Of a stretch of 64,000 nucleotides of DNA, positions 1 through 9,269 are shown in pieces (within the stretch, counting starts at the first letter, position 1; each line of letters starts with the position of its first letter). The stretch comes from Candidatus Ozemobacteraceae bacterium (GTDB lineage: Bacteria; Muiribacteriota; Ozemobacteria; Ozemobacterales; Ozemobacteraceae). Location: positions 2,784,001 through 2,848,000 of the forward strand of contig OZ223236.1 of the NCBI GenBank assembly GCA_965140445.1, written 5' to 3'. The position numbers and the translations under genes are program-made. The notes beneath the pieces were generated by a model. The model was not told the origin of the DNA, ran no database searches, and saw only the letters and a program-made list of their open reading frames with translations.

Positions 1-443
1 TAAATGGCCTCCAAAGCAAATTCTATTGCTCTGGATGGATGGCGTTTTGAGCTGAGATTCTTAATCAGTCTGTATTTATGATCAAATATGTATAAATCAA
101 AATATCCTGGATATGATTTATTGAGATTTTTAACTAATTGGGTCTGCTGTGCAATGGACCTGGTTTTTTGAAGCTGGCGGAAAATCTTTACAATTGAACG
201 ACCAACCATTTTTTCAACATTGTCTGCAATCTTTATTTTATCTAAGAGAATTTGATGTTGTAACTGGGAATGGGCAATCGTTTTTTCTATTTCCAGCTTA
301 TCTATTTGATGAAGCGAAATTTGTAAAACGATTATAGGAAAAGCAGCAAAAATTAGAAGAAAAAAAACTCCCTGAATAACTCTTTTTATTGATTCAGGTG
401 AAAATGATCTAACCCTATTCTGTTCTGTTGACGATTCCTGCAT
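1..443 (-). CDS. 5' part of a membrane-anchored protein running off the left edge; possibly a large HAMP-type sensor like the cyclases at 42-48 kb
   Basis: Manual translation from ATG at 443: MQESSTEQNRVRSFSPESIKRVIQGVFFLLIFAAFPIIVLQISLHQIDKLEIEK..., open to the window edge; one N-terminal TM helix. Not in the ORF track. Confidence 0.75.
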   Translation of the reverse strand, partial: MQESSTEQNRVRSFSPESIKRVIQGVFFLLIFAAFPIIVLQISLHQIDKLEIEKTIAHSQLQHQILLDKIKIADNVEKMVGRSIVKIFRQLQKTRSIAQQTQLVKNLNKSYPGYFDLYIFDHKYRLIKNLSSKRHPSRAIEFALEAI

Positions 444-457
444 TTCCGACTTATGAT
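428..457 (+). promoter_or_regulatory. putative sigma70 promoter of the alpha-amylase gene
   Basis: TTGACG-N18-TATGAT, ending 46 nt upstream of the ATG at 504. Confidence 0.4.
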
Positions 458-503
458 ACCATAAGCTTTAGCAAGTTGAAACTTAGGAAGGCCGTATCTT
501 TAT

Positions 504-2306
504 ATGCGTAATAAAATTCTGTTAACTTATTTTGCAATTTTTATAATTTTTGGTATCTATCCCACTTACGCTGAAGGTTTAAATAACACCTGGAAAGACC
601 AGATTCTTTACTTCGTTTTAACTGATCGTTTTATGAACGGAACTACAGAAAACGATGTGGCAACAGACTTAAATGATCCTTATGCCTTTCACGGTGGAGA
701 TTTCATTGGAATTCAGAAAAAGATTAAATACCTTAAAGAACTTGGTATAACAGGATTATGGATTAGCCCGGTTTTTCAAAACAGGCCTGATAAATTTTTT
801 AAGCACTTTGCATATCATGGATACTGGGTTTGGGATTTCTGGCAGACTGACCCAAGATTTGGAACTATGGGAGAGTTAAAGGCCTTAAGAGAAGAGTTAA
901 AGAAGAATAATATAAAATGTTTGCTTGATATGGTTGTTAATCACATGGATTACAATGCTCCATTTGTTAATCAGTATAAAGATTGGTTTCATAACACCCC
1001 GGAAATATCTGACTGGAACAACCAAAAAGAACTGGAAGATCATAAAATCTTTGGTTTGCCAGATTTTGCCTCTGAAAAACCAGTTGTTAAAACATTTTTT
1101 GAATTGGTGCAAAACTACTGGATTGATCAACTTAGTCCTGATGGTTTTCGTTTGGATGCGGTAAAGCACGTGCCAATATCTTTCTGGAGTGATTTAAATA
1201 CTAAAGCAGTTGTTAAGGCGGGAGATAATTTTATGCGCCTTGGTGAGCTGCTGGATGGAAATCCAATGAAAATTGCAAAATACTGGAAAGAAGGGAACTT
1301 TGGAACCCTTTTTGATTACCCACTTTATTACACATTTAAATCGGTATTTGCTGAAGGGGCAAGTTGTAGATTACTGGGCGGCAGGTTTTACTCGGATAAG
1401 CTATATAAAGACCCGGGCCTCTTAGCAACCTTCCTTGATAATCATGATTTGGATCGTTTTATTAGCAGTTGCAATGGAAACTTACAGAATTATAGATTGG
1501 CGCTGGCAACCTTATTAACTGTCAGAGGAATTCCGACTTTGTGTTATGGGGATGAATCTGCCTTAGCTGGGAAACACGAACCTGCTCCAATGAACAGGCG
1601 TGATATGGAGTTTGATGTCGAGTCAGAGGATTTTAAGTATCTGGCTTCGTTGATTAAGCTGCGAAAAGATAACATAGCTTTGCGACAAGGGATTCAGTGC
1701 CACTTGTATATGGATGATGAGTCATACGCCTTTGCAAGGCTGACCCCAGACCAGATTGCTGTGGTTTTGATAAATAATTCGGATCAACACAAGACAATGG
1801 ATTTTGAGTTTCCATTCGCTTTACCAAAGATGGTTTTTAAGGATAAGTTTTCTGATAATAAAGTGATATACAGGGACTCAAGGTTGCACACCACCCTTAA
1901 ACCAAAATCTTTCGCGGTTTTTATTCCTGAAGTAAAAGAGGGATTTTATCAGGCAGCTTTTGAGCATTGGTCAGATAGATTTTTTCATGAGAATGACTGG
2001 GGATTTAAGAAAGTTGTTTTTAAACTACGAGCCGAGGGGCTTCCAGAGGATGGCAAAGTCTTTCTGATTGGTAGTCTACCGCAGCTGGGAGAATGGAACT
2101 CTAGCGGAAAATTGCATGCCTTCACAAAAATTGATGATGAAAATTTTGAACTGGAGATCAAGTTGCCTCTTGGAGCTATTTTTGAATGTAAATGCCTGGC
2201 AAAAACACCTGAAGGAATTGTGTGGCAGGAGGGGGATAACTTTATTGATCAGGTCAGAGAATCTGGAACAGAGTATTTCCACATCAAATGGGTCTGTAAA
2301 CAATAG
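504..2306 (+). CDS. secreted GH13 alpha-amylase/CGTase-like enzyme with C-terminal CBM20 starch-binding domain
   Basis: Signal peptide; YFVLTDRF, HGGDF, YHGYW, DMVVNH, GFRLDAVKH (nucleophile), GE, FLDNHD; C-terminal VFLIGSLPQLGEW...WQEGDN is CBM20-like. Confidence 0.92.
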   Translation: MRNKILLTYFAIFIIFGIYPTYAEGLNNTWKDQILYFVLTDRFMNGTTENDVATDLNDPYAFHGGDFIGIQKKIKYLKELGITGLWISPVFQNRPDKFFKHFAYHGYWVWDFWQTDPRFGTMGELKALREELKKNNIKCLLDMVVNHMDYNAPFVNQYKDWFHNTPEISDWNNQKELEDHKIFGLPDFASEKPVVKTFFELVQNYWIDQLSPDGFRLDAVKHVPISFWSDLNTKAVVKAGDNFMRLGELLDGNPMKIAKYWKEGNFGTLFDYPLYYTFKSVFAEGASCRLLGGRFYSDKLYKDPGLLATFLDNHDLDRFISSCNGNLQNYRLALATLLTVRGIPTLCYGDESALAGKHEPAPMNRRDMEFDVESEDFKYLASLIKLRKDNIALRQGIQCHLYMDDESYAFARLTPDQIAVVLINNSDQHKTMDFEFPFALPKMVFKDKFSDNKVIYRDSRLHTTLKPKSFAVFIPEVKEGFYQAAFEHWSDRFFHENDWGFKKVVFKLRAEGLPEDGKVFLIGSLPQLGEWNSSGKLHAFTKIDDENFELEIKLPLGAIFECKCLAKTPEGIVWQEGDNFIDQVRESGTEYFHIKWVCKQ

Positions 2307-2332
2307 TTCTGTAATTGTTTTGATTCAATAAA

Positions 2333-2815
2333 CTATTTTTTCTGTTTAATAATTCCAACAAGATATGCGTCATAGCGTGGTGGATTTCTTCTACCAACTT
2401 TGGGTTCTATCTGGCATTTTCCAATTCCTATTTGAAGATTCATGAGATCATAGGGTTTAATTTTATTCAGTTGGTCGATATAAAGCTTTTCCCCAGCCCA
2501 ATCAACGATCAGATCAATTTCCTCAAGGTTACTTTTTAAATAATCTCTTCTCTCGGTGTAATCAACAGGAAAAGCCTGGGCTGCACGGTTTAAGTCCTTA
2601 AAATCAAGTATTTTTACCGTAATTCTAGTGACGACTTTTTGTTTCTGGATCTCTTTGCCAATAGCTGCATTTATTTTTTTTACCTGAAGAACCTTTACAT
2701 TTGCAGAAATTAACATTTCCTTATTGCTACCCCGTCTTATTTCAGCGAATGAAAAAGAAGAGATAAATACTGAAATTGTCAGGATTAAAAGCAGGTAAAT
2801 ATTTTTTGTTTTCAT
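2333..2815 (-). CDS. hypothetical exported protein
   Basis: 160-aa ORF, signal peptide ending SFA, GAGGA RBS. Confidence 0.7.
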   Translation of the reverse strand: MKTKNIYLLLILTISVFISSFSFAEIRRGSNKEMLISANVKVLQVKKINAAIGKEIQKQKVVTRITVKILDFKDLNRAAQAFPVDYTERRDYLKSNLEEIDLIVDWAGEKLYIDQLNKIKPYDLMNLQIGIGKCQIEPKVGRRNPPRYDAYLVGIIKQKK

Positions 2816-3040
2816 GAAATTATCCTCAAACTTGATGTCTAATTGGCCAAAGTATAAGACGAAAACCTTCGCCTGTCCAATTTTGCTGTCAATAGTAATT
2901 TTAGGTGAATTTAACTCTTAAAATGAATATCAAATTTTCTTGCAGAAAAACGCTGAGATTGAGTAAACTAATATTGTATAACACGGCTGGTCTGCATCTA
3001 TTTTTGGGTTAAAACAAAGAAAACGTTAGGGGCAAATTTT

Positions 3041-4312
3041 ATGGCAATTTTTTCAGCATTAAGAACCGGTAAATTTCGCAAAATTGTAATGGTCTTGTGG
3101 GCTATGAGCTCTATGGCCTTATTCACACCTCTTAGCTCCTTTGCCGGTAAAATTAATCCCTGTATTCCTGAAAGTGCCTCAATAAGAGGATATTTCTTTG
3201 CTGACTTTGCCGGGTTACAGATTCTTATGCCAAAAGCCAGTTTTGGGAAAAATATCATTTTGCCATTGAATGACGATAGCGAGCTTGATGAAGCTACCAG
3301 AATCTTGAACAAAATGTTTCAAAATGATCCAGCAGTTATAAAAAAGCTGGCTGAGTTTGTGCCAGACTCTAGTTATGAAAAAGCACTGGTTGAGGCCTAC
3401 CCAAATTTAAAAATGTATTCTATTAATGGTTTGCTTCCGGAAATTGTTGCTAAAAGATTTAATCGAAAGTTAGATTTTGGCGGCCCGAATTGTTACTTTA
3501 CAGCTCTTTCAACAACTGCTGGTATTAGCATGGAAGAAGTGAGACATGTATCTTTGCCCGAGTTCACATCTCGTCTTGCAATGTTTTACACAGAGCTGCC
3601 AGGTGCAGAACCCCAAAAGGGAGACGTTTTATTTTTTAACTCCTCCGAGCATGGTGCAGTTTATTTGGGCGGAGATTGGGTTTTTCACAAAAAAGATTTA
3701 AACAAAGAATTTTACTTCAGGCTGGCAAAAAAGCTTGAAGTGTTTATGCCAGATCCAGGTGAATGGACTCCCGGACCAAATTATTGTGGCCCTTATTCTC
3801 GCCCACACAATACCAAAGTCAATAAAATTCAAGTTTTCAGACGAAATGAAGTGCCTTTAAGTGCATGGAGAGAGTCGGTTAAAGATTTGCCTGAATTTGA
3901 GATTTCGGAGCTATTAAAGAAAACAACAATGGAAGTTGGGCCCGCCTGGAAGATTGGCAAAACCATGGGATACTGGAGTGAACTGCTTTCCAATGAGATA
4001 ACCAAAGTTTTCTCTAAAACCCTCAAAGATTCTGTGGCTGGTCAGAATTTAATTGGCGAACTTGAAAGCACTAGAGATCAGATTTTCATCTGCATTGAGG
4101 ACAACTATTTTTCGAGTCCATACGCAAAGCCAGATGTTATTAAAGAGATTTGGTTTCATGACAACGAATACTCAAGAGAGCTTATAAAACTTATTCGAAA
4201 TTACTATGGCTTAAAAACTACTGCCGATGATATGAAAAGAATCTTAGCGGCTTTAAAAGCTATAGATGGTGAGCCTCGGGGAAAATCCATGCTGGCAATT
4301 ATTAGATCGTAA
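3041..4312 (+). CDS. exported protein with an NlpC/P60-like papain-fold Cys-His-His domain
   Basis: Signal peptide; GPNCY...QKGDVLFF...EHGAVYLGGDWVFHK matches the NlpC/P60 layout. Confidence 0.6.
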   Translation: MAIFSALRTGKFRKIVMVLWAMSSMALFTPLSSFAGKINPCIPESASIRGYFFADFAGLQILMPKASFGKNIILPLNDDSELDEATRILNKMFQNDPAVIKKLAEFVPDSSYEKALVEAYPNLKMYSINGLLPEIVAKRFNRKLDFGGPNCYFTALSTTAGISMEEVRHVSLPEFTSRLAMFYTELPGAEPQKGDVLFFNSSEHGAVYLGGDWVFHKKDLNKEFYFRLAKKLEVFMPDPGEWTPGPNYCGPYSRPHNTKVNKIQVFRRNEVPLSAWRESVKDLPEFEISELLKKTTMEVGPAWKIGKTMGYWSELLSNEITKVFSKTLKDSVAGQNLIGELESTRDQIFICIEDNYFSSPYAKPDVIKEIWFHDNEYSRELIKLIRNYYGLKTTADDMKRILAALKAIDGEPRGKSMLAIIRS

Positions 4313-4315
4313 CTA

Positions 4316-5896
4316 CTATTTCAGCTTGCATAGACTGTTTTCTACAACTCGTATCCCATCGGTGGCTGCACTGGAAATTCCTCCGGCGTAACCGGCACCT
4401 TCTCCTATGGGAAAAAGATTGCGGATATTGGCAGATTCAAAGTTGGCTTTTCGAGTTATTCTTACCGGAGAAGTTGTTCTTGATTCAGCTGCGAGCAGTA
4501 TGCCCTGATCAGAAACAAAGAGTGGCTCTTCAGTTTTCCAATACCTAAAGGCGTTTTTAAGTTCTGTAATTACGAAGTTAGGAAAAATCTTACGCATGTC
4601 TGCCGGGAAAGTTCCTGTTTTGCAGGAGTTTTCTCTTAAATTCTCGGATGGCACATCTTCAAGGAAGTCTATCAAGTTTTGAGCTGGGACAGACCAATCA
4701 CCACCACCAGCTAAAAACGCAGCTCTTTCGATTTGTTCCTGAAATTCAATTCCGGCAAGTGGATGGTTTGTTGGGTAATCTTCGGTTTTGCATGTTACTA
4801 CTATTGCAGCATTTGAATATGGGCCGGATCTTGAAGAGTAACTCATTCCGTTTACAACCAGCATTCCATTTTGTGAAGAAGCATTAACGATCTCGCCACC
4901 AGGGCATTGGCAGAATGTATATACGCCCCTTCCTATTTCTCTGTTAGTAAAGTTGAAAGAATAAGTTGCCGCCTCTAACCCCGGGAAATTATGATATTTT
5001 GTTCCATATCTAATAAGATTTATTGTTGGAGCGGGATGCTCAAGTCTAACTCCTACTGAAATTGGTTTTTGTTCAAGCTGGACCCCTTTTTGATGCAGCA
5101 GTTTGAATGTTTCTCTTGCTGAGTGTCCTACCGCAAGATAAAGAACAGGAGTTTCAACTTCGTAGCTTTCATTTATAGTAATTGATTTTATACGGTTCTC
5201 TGAAATATCCAGATTAGTTAGTTTGGAACCAAAATTAATTTTTCCGCCGTTTTCAATAATGAAATTCCGGATATTTTTTATAACCTTACAAAGAACGTCT
5301 GTTCCTAGATGAGGCTTGCTTATATAGATGATTTTTGGGGGAGCGCCAAATTTAACAAAGGTTTCCAATACCTTTTGAACATGTGGTGTGTTGTTTTTTC
5401 TGGAGAAAAGCTTTCCATCTGAATAAGAGCCCGCTCCGCCTTCGCCGAACTGAATGTTTGAATCTGGGTTTAACTCTTTACTTTTTATGAAATTTTGAAT
5501 GTCTTTTGCGCGATCTTCTATTTTTTGTCCGCGTTCAAAAATTATTGGTTTAATACCGTTTTCAAGGAGCTCAAGGGCGGTGAATATTCCTGCTGGTCCA
5601 AACCCGACTATTACTGGTCGAATGCTCGTTTTAACTGCAGTTAGAGCTTTGGAGTTTGCGGTTTCATTGTATTTAACGAAGCCTTTCGGAACAGAAAAAC
5701 TATCAGGAGCTGAGACTACCAATGAAACCTCGTAGTAAAATTGCTCTTTATTTTTGGGTATAAAGATTTTGTTTAAAATTTTAAAAATTTTAAGTTGGTC
5801 TGGAGATGTTTTTAAGGAGTTAGCAGCATATTTGAGGTAGCTTTGCGGACAATCCTCCTCTATGGGAATCATCAAATTATTGACAACAAGATTCAA
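4316..5896 (-). CDS. FAD-dependent oxidoreductase (uncharacterised COG2509-like family)
   Basis: VGFGPAG Rossmann motif, FGEGGAGSYSDGKL, FCQCPGG, GEGAGYAGGISSAA. Confidence 0.88.
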   Translation of the reverse strand: MNLVVNNLMIPIEEDCPQSYLKYAANSLKTSPDQLKIFKILNKIFIPKNKEQFYYEVSLVVSAPDSFSVPKGFVKYNETANSKALTAVKTSIRPVIVGFGPAGIFTALELLENGIKPIIFERGQKIEDRAKDIQNFIKSKELNPDSNIQFGEGGAGSYSDGKLFSRKNNTPHVQKVLETFVKFGAPPKIIYISKPHLGTDVLCKVIKNIRNFIIENGGKINFGSKLTNLDISENRIKSITINESYEVETPVLYLAVGHSARETFKLLHQKGVQLEQKPISVGVRLEHPAPTINLIRYGTKYHNFPGLEAATYSFNFTNREIGRGVYTFCQCPGGEIVNASSQNGMLVVNGMSYSSRSGPYSNAAIVVTCKTEDYPTNHPLAGIEFQEQIERAAFLAGGGDWSVPAQNLIDFLEDVPSENLRENSCKTGTFPADMRKIFPNFVITELKNAFRYWKTEEPLFVSDQGILLAAESRTTSPVRITRKANFESANIRNLFPIGEGAGYAGGISSAATDGIRVVENSLCKLK

Positions 5897-6791
5897 TTTT
5901 TTTCTCCCAGCTAGAATCTAAAGAATAGTTTGAATCAAAAACTAATGGCTTGTTAGAAACAGGATCAATAAAGGAAAGATGCCTGGCAACCAGTTGAAGA
6001 GGTTTATTGAAAATATCGGGGCTTTTGGGTTGAAGGGTTGGATAATACTTGTCATTTAAAATCTGAAATCCTAATCCACTTATATGAATTCGTAGTTGAT
6101 GGGTTTTGCCGGTAACGGGGTGCAATTTGAAAAGTCCAACATCATCTTGAATGCTTATTAACTTAATTTCTGATCGGGAATTAATTTCACCTTCTGTAAC
6201 TCTCATCCTGAACCATGGTTGTCCTTTAACAAGCCGATTTTCAACAGTCCATTCATGTTTGGAAGGTGGTTCTTTTATTCTAGAAAGCGCGAAGTAGGTT
6301 TTTTTCATTTTACCGAACTTAAATAGTTCGTGGTACAGAGAGCTGGTTTCGGGATTGGTCGAGAATAAAACTATCCCTGCAGTTTCACGATCTATTCTGT
6401 GAATAGGAGCAAGCTCGTGAATCCCGGTTTTTTTTCGGATGCGGTTCAATAAGCACTCATTGACGTATGGACCACCAGGAGTAACAGGCAGAAAGTGAGG
6501 CTTGTCAGCTACCAGAATGTCTTTGTTTTGATAAATTATGCGTTCTTCAAAAGGAATGTCTGGTTCCTGCTCCACTTCGCGAAAGTATCTAAGCCTTTTT
6601 AAGGGCTCATAAGGAGTAGAAAGGCTAATTGGTTCCTCATTGTCATCTAAAACCTTGCCAGACAGGATTCTCTTTTCCCATATTTCAATAGAAATTGTTG
6701 GAAAGCGGCCGGCAAGAAAATTCAATATTGAAGGGTAGGGCTTGTCGCATAAGGGTAGTGCAACAATAGAGCAATAACGACTTAAACCCAT
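5877..6791 (-). CDS. RluA-family pseudouridine synthase
   Basis: DKPHFLP, HRIDRETAG (catalytic Asp), TGKTHQLRIH. Confidence 0.92.
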   Translation of the reverse strand: MGLSRYCSIVALPLCDKPYPSILNFLAGRFPTISIEIWEKRILSGKVLDDNEEPISLSTPYEPLKRLRYFREVEQEPDIPFEERIIYQNKDILVADKPHFLPVTPGGPYVNECLLNRIRKKTGIHELAPIHRIDRETAGIVLFSTNPETSSLYHELFKFGKMKKTYFALSRIKEPPSKHEWTVENRLVKGQPWFRMRVTEGEINSRSEIKLISIQDDVGLFKLHPVTGKTHQLRIHISGLGFQILNDKYYPTLQPKSPDIFNKPLQLVARHLSFIDPVSNKPLVFDSNYSLDSSWEKKIESCCQ

Positions 6792-7103
6792 CTAATTTTT
6801 CCTTCCCTTTCAGGAAACTTTTCATTTAATCCGTGTGTCTAAATCCGACACTGGTAAGCAATAGAGCTAAAGAATAGCAGAAATCAGGCAAAAAAAGAAG
6901 TTTGGTGCATAGCTAGTTTATAATCCAGATTTTGAAAGCTCAAATTAGAGTAAGTGAATGTTTTATAACAACTGTTTTAATGGCTTAAAGCCGCGCCAAA
7001 GACAATAACCCCTTATTGTTTATTGTATAAAGCTTAAAAAAAGTTAAAAACTTTTTCCCGTATTAAGGGTAATATGAGAAAGAATAAAAAACAGGAGATT
7101 TAA

Positions 7104-8171
7104 ATGAAAAGGGCTAAAACTTTTATAGCTGTTTCTTTATTGGGAATTGTTTTGCAAGCGTCTCCCAGTGTTTATGCTGAGACCCCGTTTACGGAAAATC
7201 AGCTTAATATACTGAATTCGGTATCGACGCCTAACAGTGGCTCGGCAGAAGTCGCAACGGTTGATAACCCTGTAAAAGGTAAAGTTCAGGTTAGCGGATC
7301 AACTCTAAATGTCAGAACTAGTCCATGGGGAACAATTATCGGTAATCTTGGGGACAATGCAAATATTAGCATTATAGGTGAAAAGGATGATTTTTACATT
7401 ATCACTTATAAGGGTAAAAAAGCTTATATTCACAAAAATTATGTTTCCACACCGACCAGGCCAGCCACTCAGGTAGCTCCAACTCAGCCTGTGGCAACTG
7501 GTGAGAGTGTCGGCACAGTAAAGGTTTCCACCAGCTTGAATGTTAGAACCGGGCCATGGAAATCAATTATCGGAAGCTTAAAAAATGGTAACAAAGTTAA
7601 AATAATTGGGAAAACTGGAGATTGGTATAAAATTACATATAACGGCCAATCTGCCTATGTCCACTCAAATTATATAGATACAAATTCAAAACCTGCAGGA
7701 TCTACTCCTGTTAATTCTTCCCCGGCAACAAATTCATTGGCGGCAAAATCATCATCTGGTGGAGGGTTGTCTATTTCTCCGTGCTCACCTATGCCAGGCA
7801 GAGTTAGCTCAGAATATGGTTGGAGAATACATCCAACAAAGGGAACACGAAGTTTTCATAATGGTATCGATTTACCAGTTCCCACCGGGACTCGTTTGAA
7901 TGCCTTAGGCAATGGAACTGTAATAGCAGCAGGTTATGAATCTGGTGGTGGAAGATACGTCAGAGTCAGATATGATAATGGCTATGAATCATTTTACTGT
8001 CATTTGAAGAGCTATTCGGTAAAGAAAGGGCAAAGGGTTGGGGCAGGTAGCGAAATCGCAAGATCAGATAATACTGGAACATATACAACAGGTGCTCATC
8101 TGCACATGGAAATCCGGAAAAATGGGGCTTTAATTAACCCAAGAACTACCGGAATCCGTTTCCCTAAATAG
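7104..8171 (+). CDS. exported M23 peptidoglycan endopeptidase with two SH3b domains
   Basis: Signal peptide; two LNVRT..W...IIG.L...V.IIG...D(F/W)Y.I.Y.G..AY.H..Y repeats; HNGID, YCHL, TGAHLHME M23 motifs; AGGAG RBS. Confidence 0.92.
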   Translation: MKRAKTFIAVSLLGIVLQASPSVYAETPFTENQLNILNSVSTPNSGSAEVATVDNPVKGKVQVSGSTLNVRTSPWGTIIGNLGDNANISIIGEKDDFYIITYKGKKAYIHKNYVSTPTRPATQVAPTQPVATGESVGTVKVSTSLNVRTGPWKSIIGSLKNGNKVKIIGKTGDWYKITYNGQSAYVHSNYIDTNSKPAGSTPVNSSPATNSLAAKSSSGGGLSISPCSPMPGRVSSEYGWRIHPTKGTRSFHNGIDLPVPTGTRLNALGNGTVIAAGYESGGGRYVRVRYDNGYESFYCHLKSYSVKKGQRVGAGSEIARSDNTGTYTTGAHLHMEIRKNGALINPRTTGIRFPK

Positions 8172-8192
8172 TGAATGTGCAGGAGAAATAAC

Positions 8193-9197
8193 ATGAAAAA
8201 AATCATATCAATACTAATTGCTTTAACCTTGTTTACTGTGGCTGCAATGGCTACTCAGCCAGACAAAGAATTTAAGCTCATCAACTCCTTGAACTACCAT
8301 CAGACAATGTTTAATGCTATGTCTGCCGAACCCTATATGGCTATTCCGTTTGGAAATGGAAAAGATCAGGTCGCCGGTGCAGAGCAAGATTTGGAACGGC
8401 TGACGGTTGGAGTTCCTTTTGCTTTCAGAGCCAACAAAGATAATGGGATCTGGATTCTGGATTCCGTTAATAAAGCGCTTAAGCTTTTTGATTCAAAAGG
8501 AAAATTTTTGAAACAAATTTCCCTAAGCAATATGGGGACAATTATTAGAGATTTTGCCATGGGAAATGATGGATCTTTCTGGCTGCTCAATCAAATAGAA
8601 GGTTTTATTTATCACATTGATGCCAGTGGAAAGCTTTTGCAGGAAATTGAAGGATTTCAGGATGCTTTGGTTCTTGAAGCTTCAGTTAACGGCGGTTTTC
8701 TTGTAGATCTTCCTGCCCAGTCTATGGTTTTAAAATTTGGAAAAGATGATCTTCTCGAAAAAGAGTTCCCAACTGATGGAACTTTAAGCTTAATTGAAGA
8801 TAGTAACGGAAAGCTTCTCGGACTAACAATGGAAGAAAGAAAAGTCGAAATGTATTTGAGAACTTTGGCATCTCCTGCTAGCTCCATTGTTTTGGCACAA
8901 TTTCCTCTGGAATTTAAGGAAAAGGATGTAACCTTTGCTGGCGCGGAAATTATTGGAAAAGATGGTCAGGGCAACATTTATTTAAGCCTGACTGCATGTA
9001 ATGAAGAAGGAGCTATTTTTATGGATAGGCTCTATAAATGTTCTGCCGCTGGTAAGGTGCTCGCTAAAAAAGACATTTTAACGACTCCTTTTCTTGGCCC
9101 GGATCTTCCCCGAAGAAAAATTGTAACTCCTGATGGTCAGGTGATTACTTTCTATGCAACAGATAAAGAATATTGTCTGGTAAAGTATAAGTTTTAA
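8193..9197 (+). CDS. exported hypothetical protein, probable beta-propeller (NHL/SMP-30-like)
   Basis: Start moved to ATG 8193 behind AGGAG; signal peptide; repeated D..G.(I/F)W.LD / FD..GK blade-like motifs. Confidence 0.6.
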   Translation: MKKIISILIALTLFTVAAMATQPDKEFKLINSLNYHQTMFNAMSAEPYMAIPFGNGKDQVAGAEQDLERLTVGVPFAFRANKDNGIWILDSVNKALKLFDSKGKFLKQISLSNMGTIIRDFAMGNDGSFWLLNQIEGFIYHIDASGKLLQEIEGFQDALVLEASVNGGFLVDLPAQSMVLKFGKDDLLEKEFPTDGTLSLIEDSNGKLLGLTMEERKVEMYLRTLASPASSIVLAQFPLEFKEKDVTFAGAEIIGKDGQGNIYLSLTACNEEGAIFMDRLYKCSAAGKVLAKKDILTTPFLGPDLPRRKIVTPDGQVITFYATDKEYCLVKYKF

Positions 9198-9215
9198 ATA
9201 ACCAGTAAAATAAGT

Positions 9216-9261
9216 AAAAAAGAACCGCCTCGAAAAATGGTTTTCGAGGCGGTTCTTTTTT
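9216..9261. terminator. bidirectional intrinsic terminator
   Basis: AAAAAAGAACCGCCTCGAAAA-ATGG-TTTTCGAGGCGGTTCTTTTTT between convergent genes. Confidence 0.93.
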
Positions 9262-9269
9262 GTGGGAAA

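Noticed and set aside
149..337. 62-aa + strand ORF in the track
   Set aside because: Antisense to the longer, protein-like minus-strand ORF 443..<1; no RBS.
6382..6395. GTTTCACG half-site as parS
   Set aside because: The second half of the palindrome is absent and it lies inside the RluA-family gene.
6792..7103. Riboswitch (e.g. c-di-AMP) upstream of the M23 peptidase
   Set aside because: No recognisable conserved aptamer motifs by eye; an Rfam/Infernal scan would be decisive.
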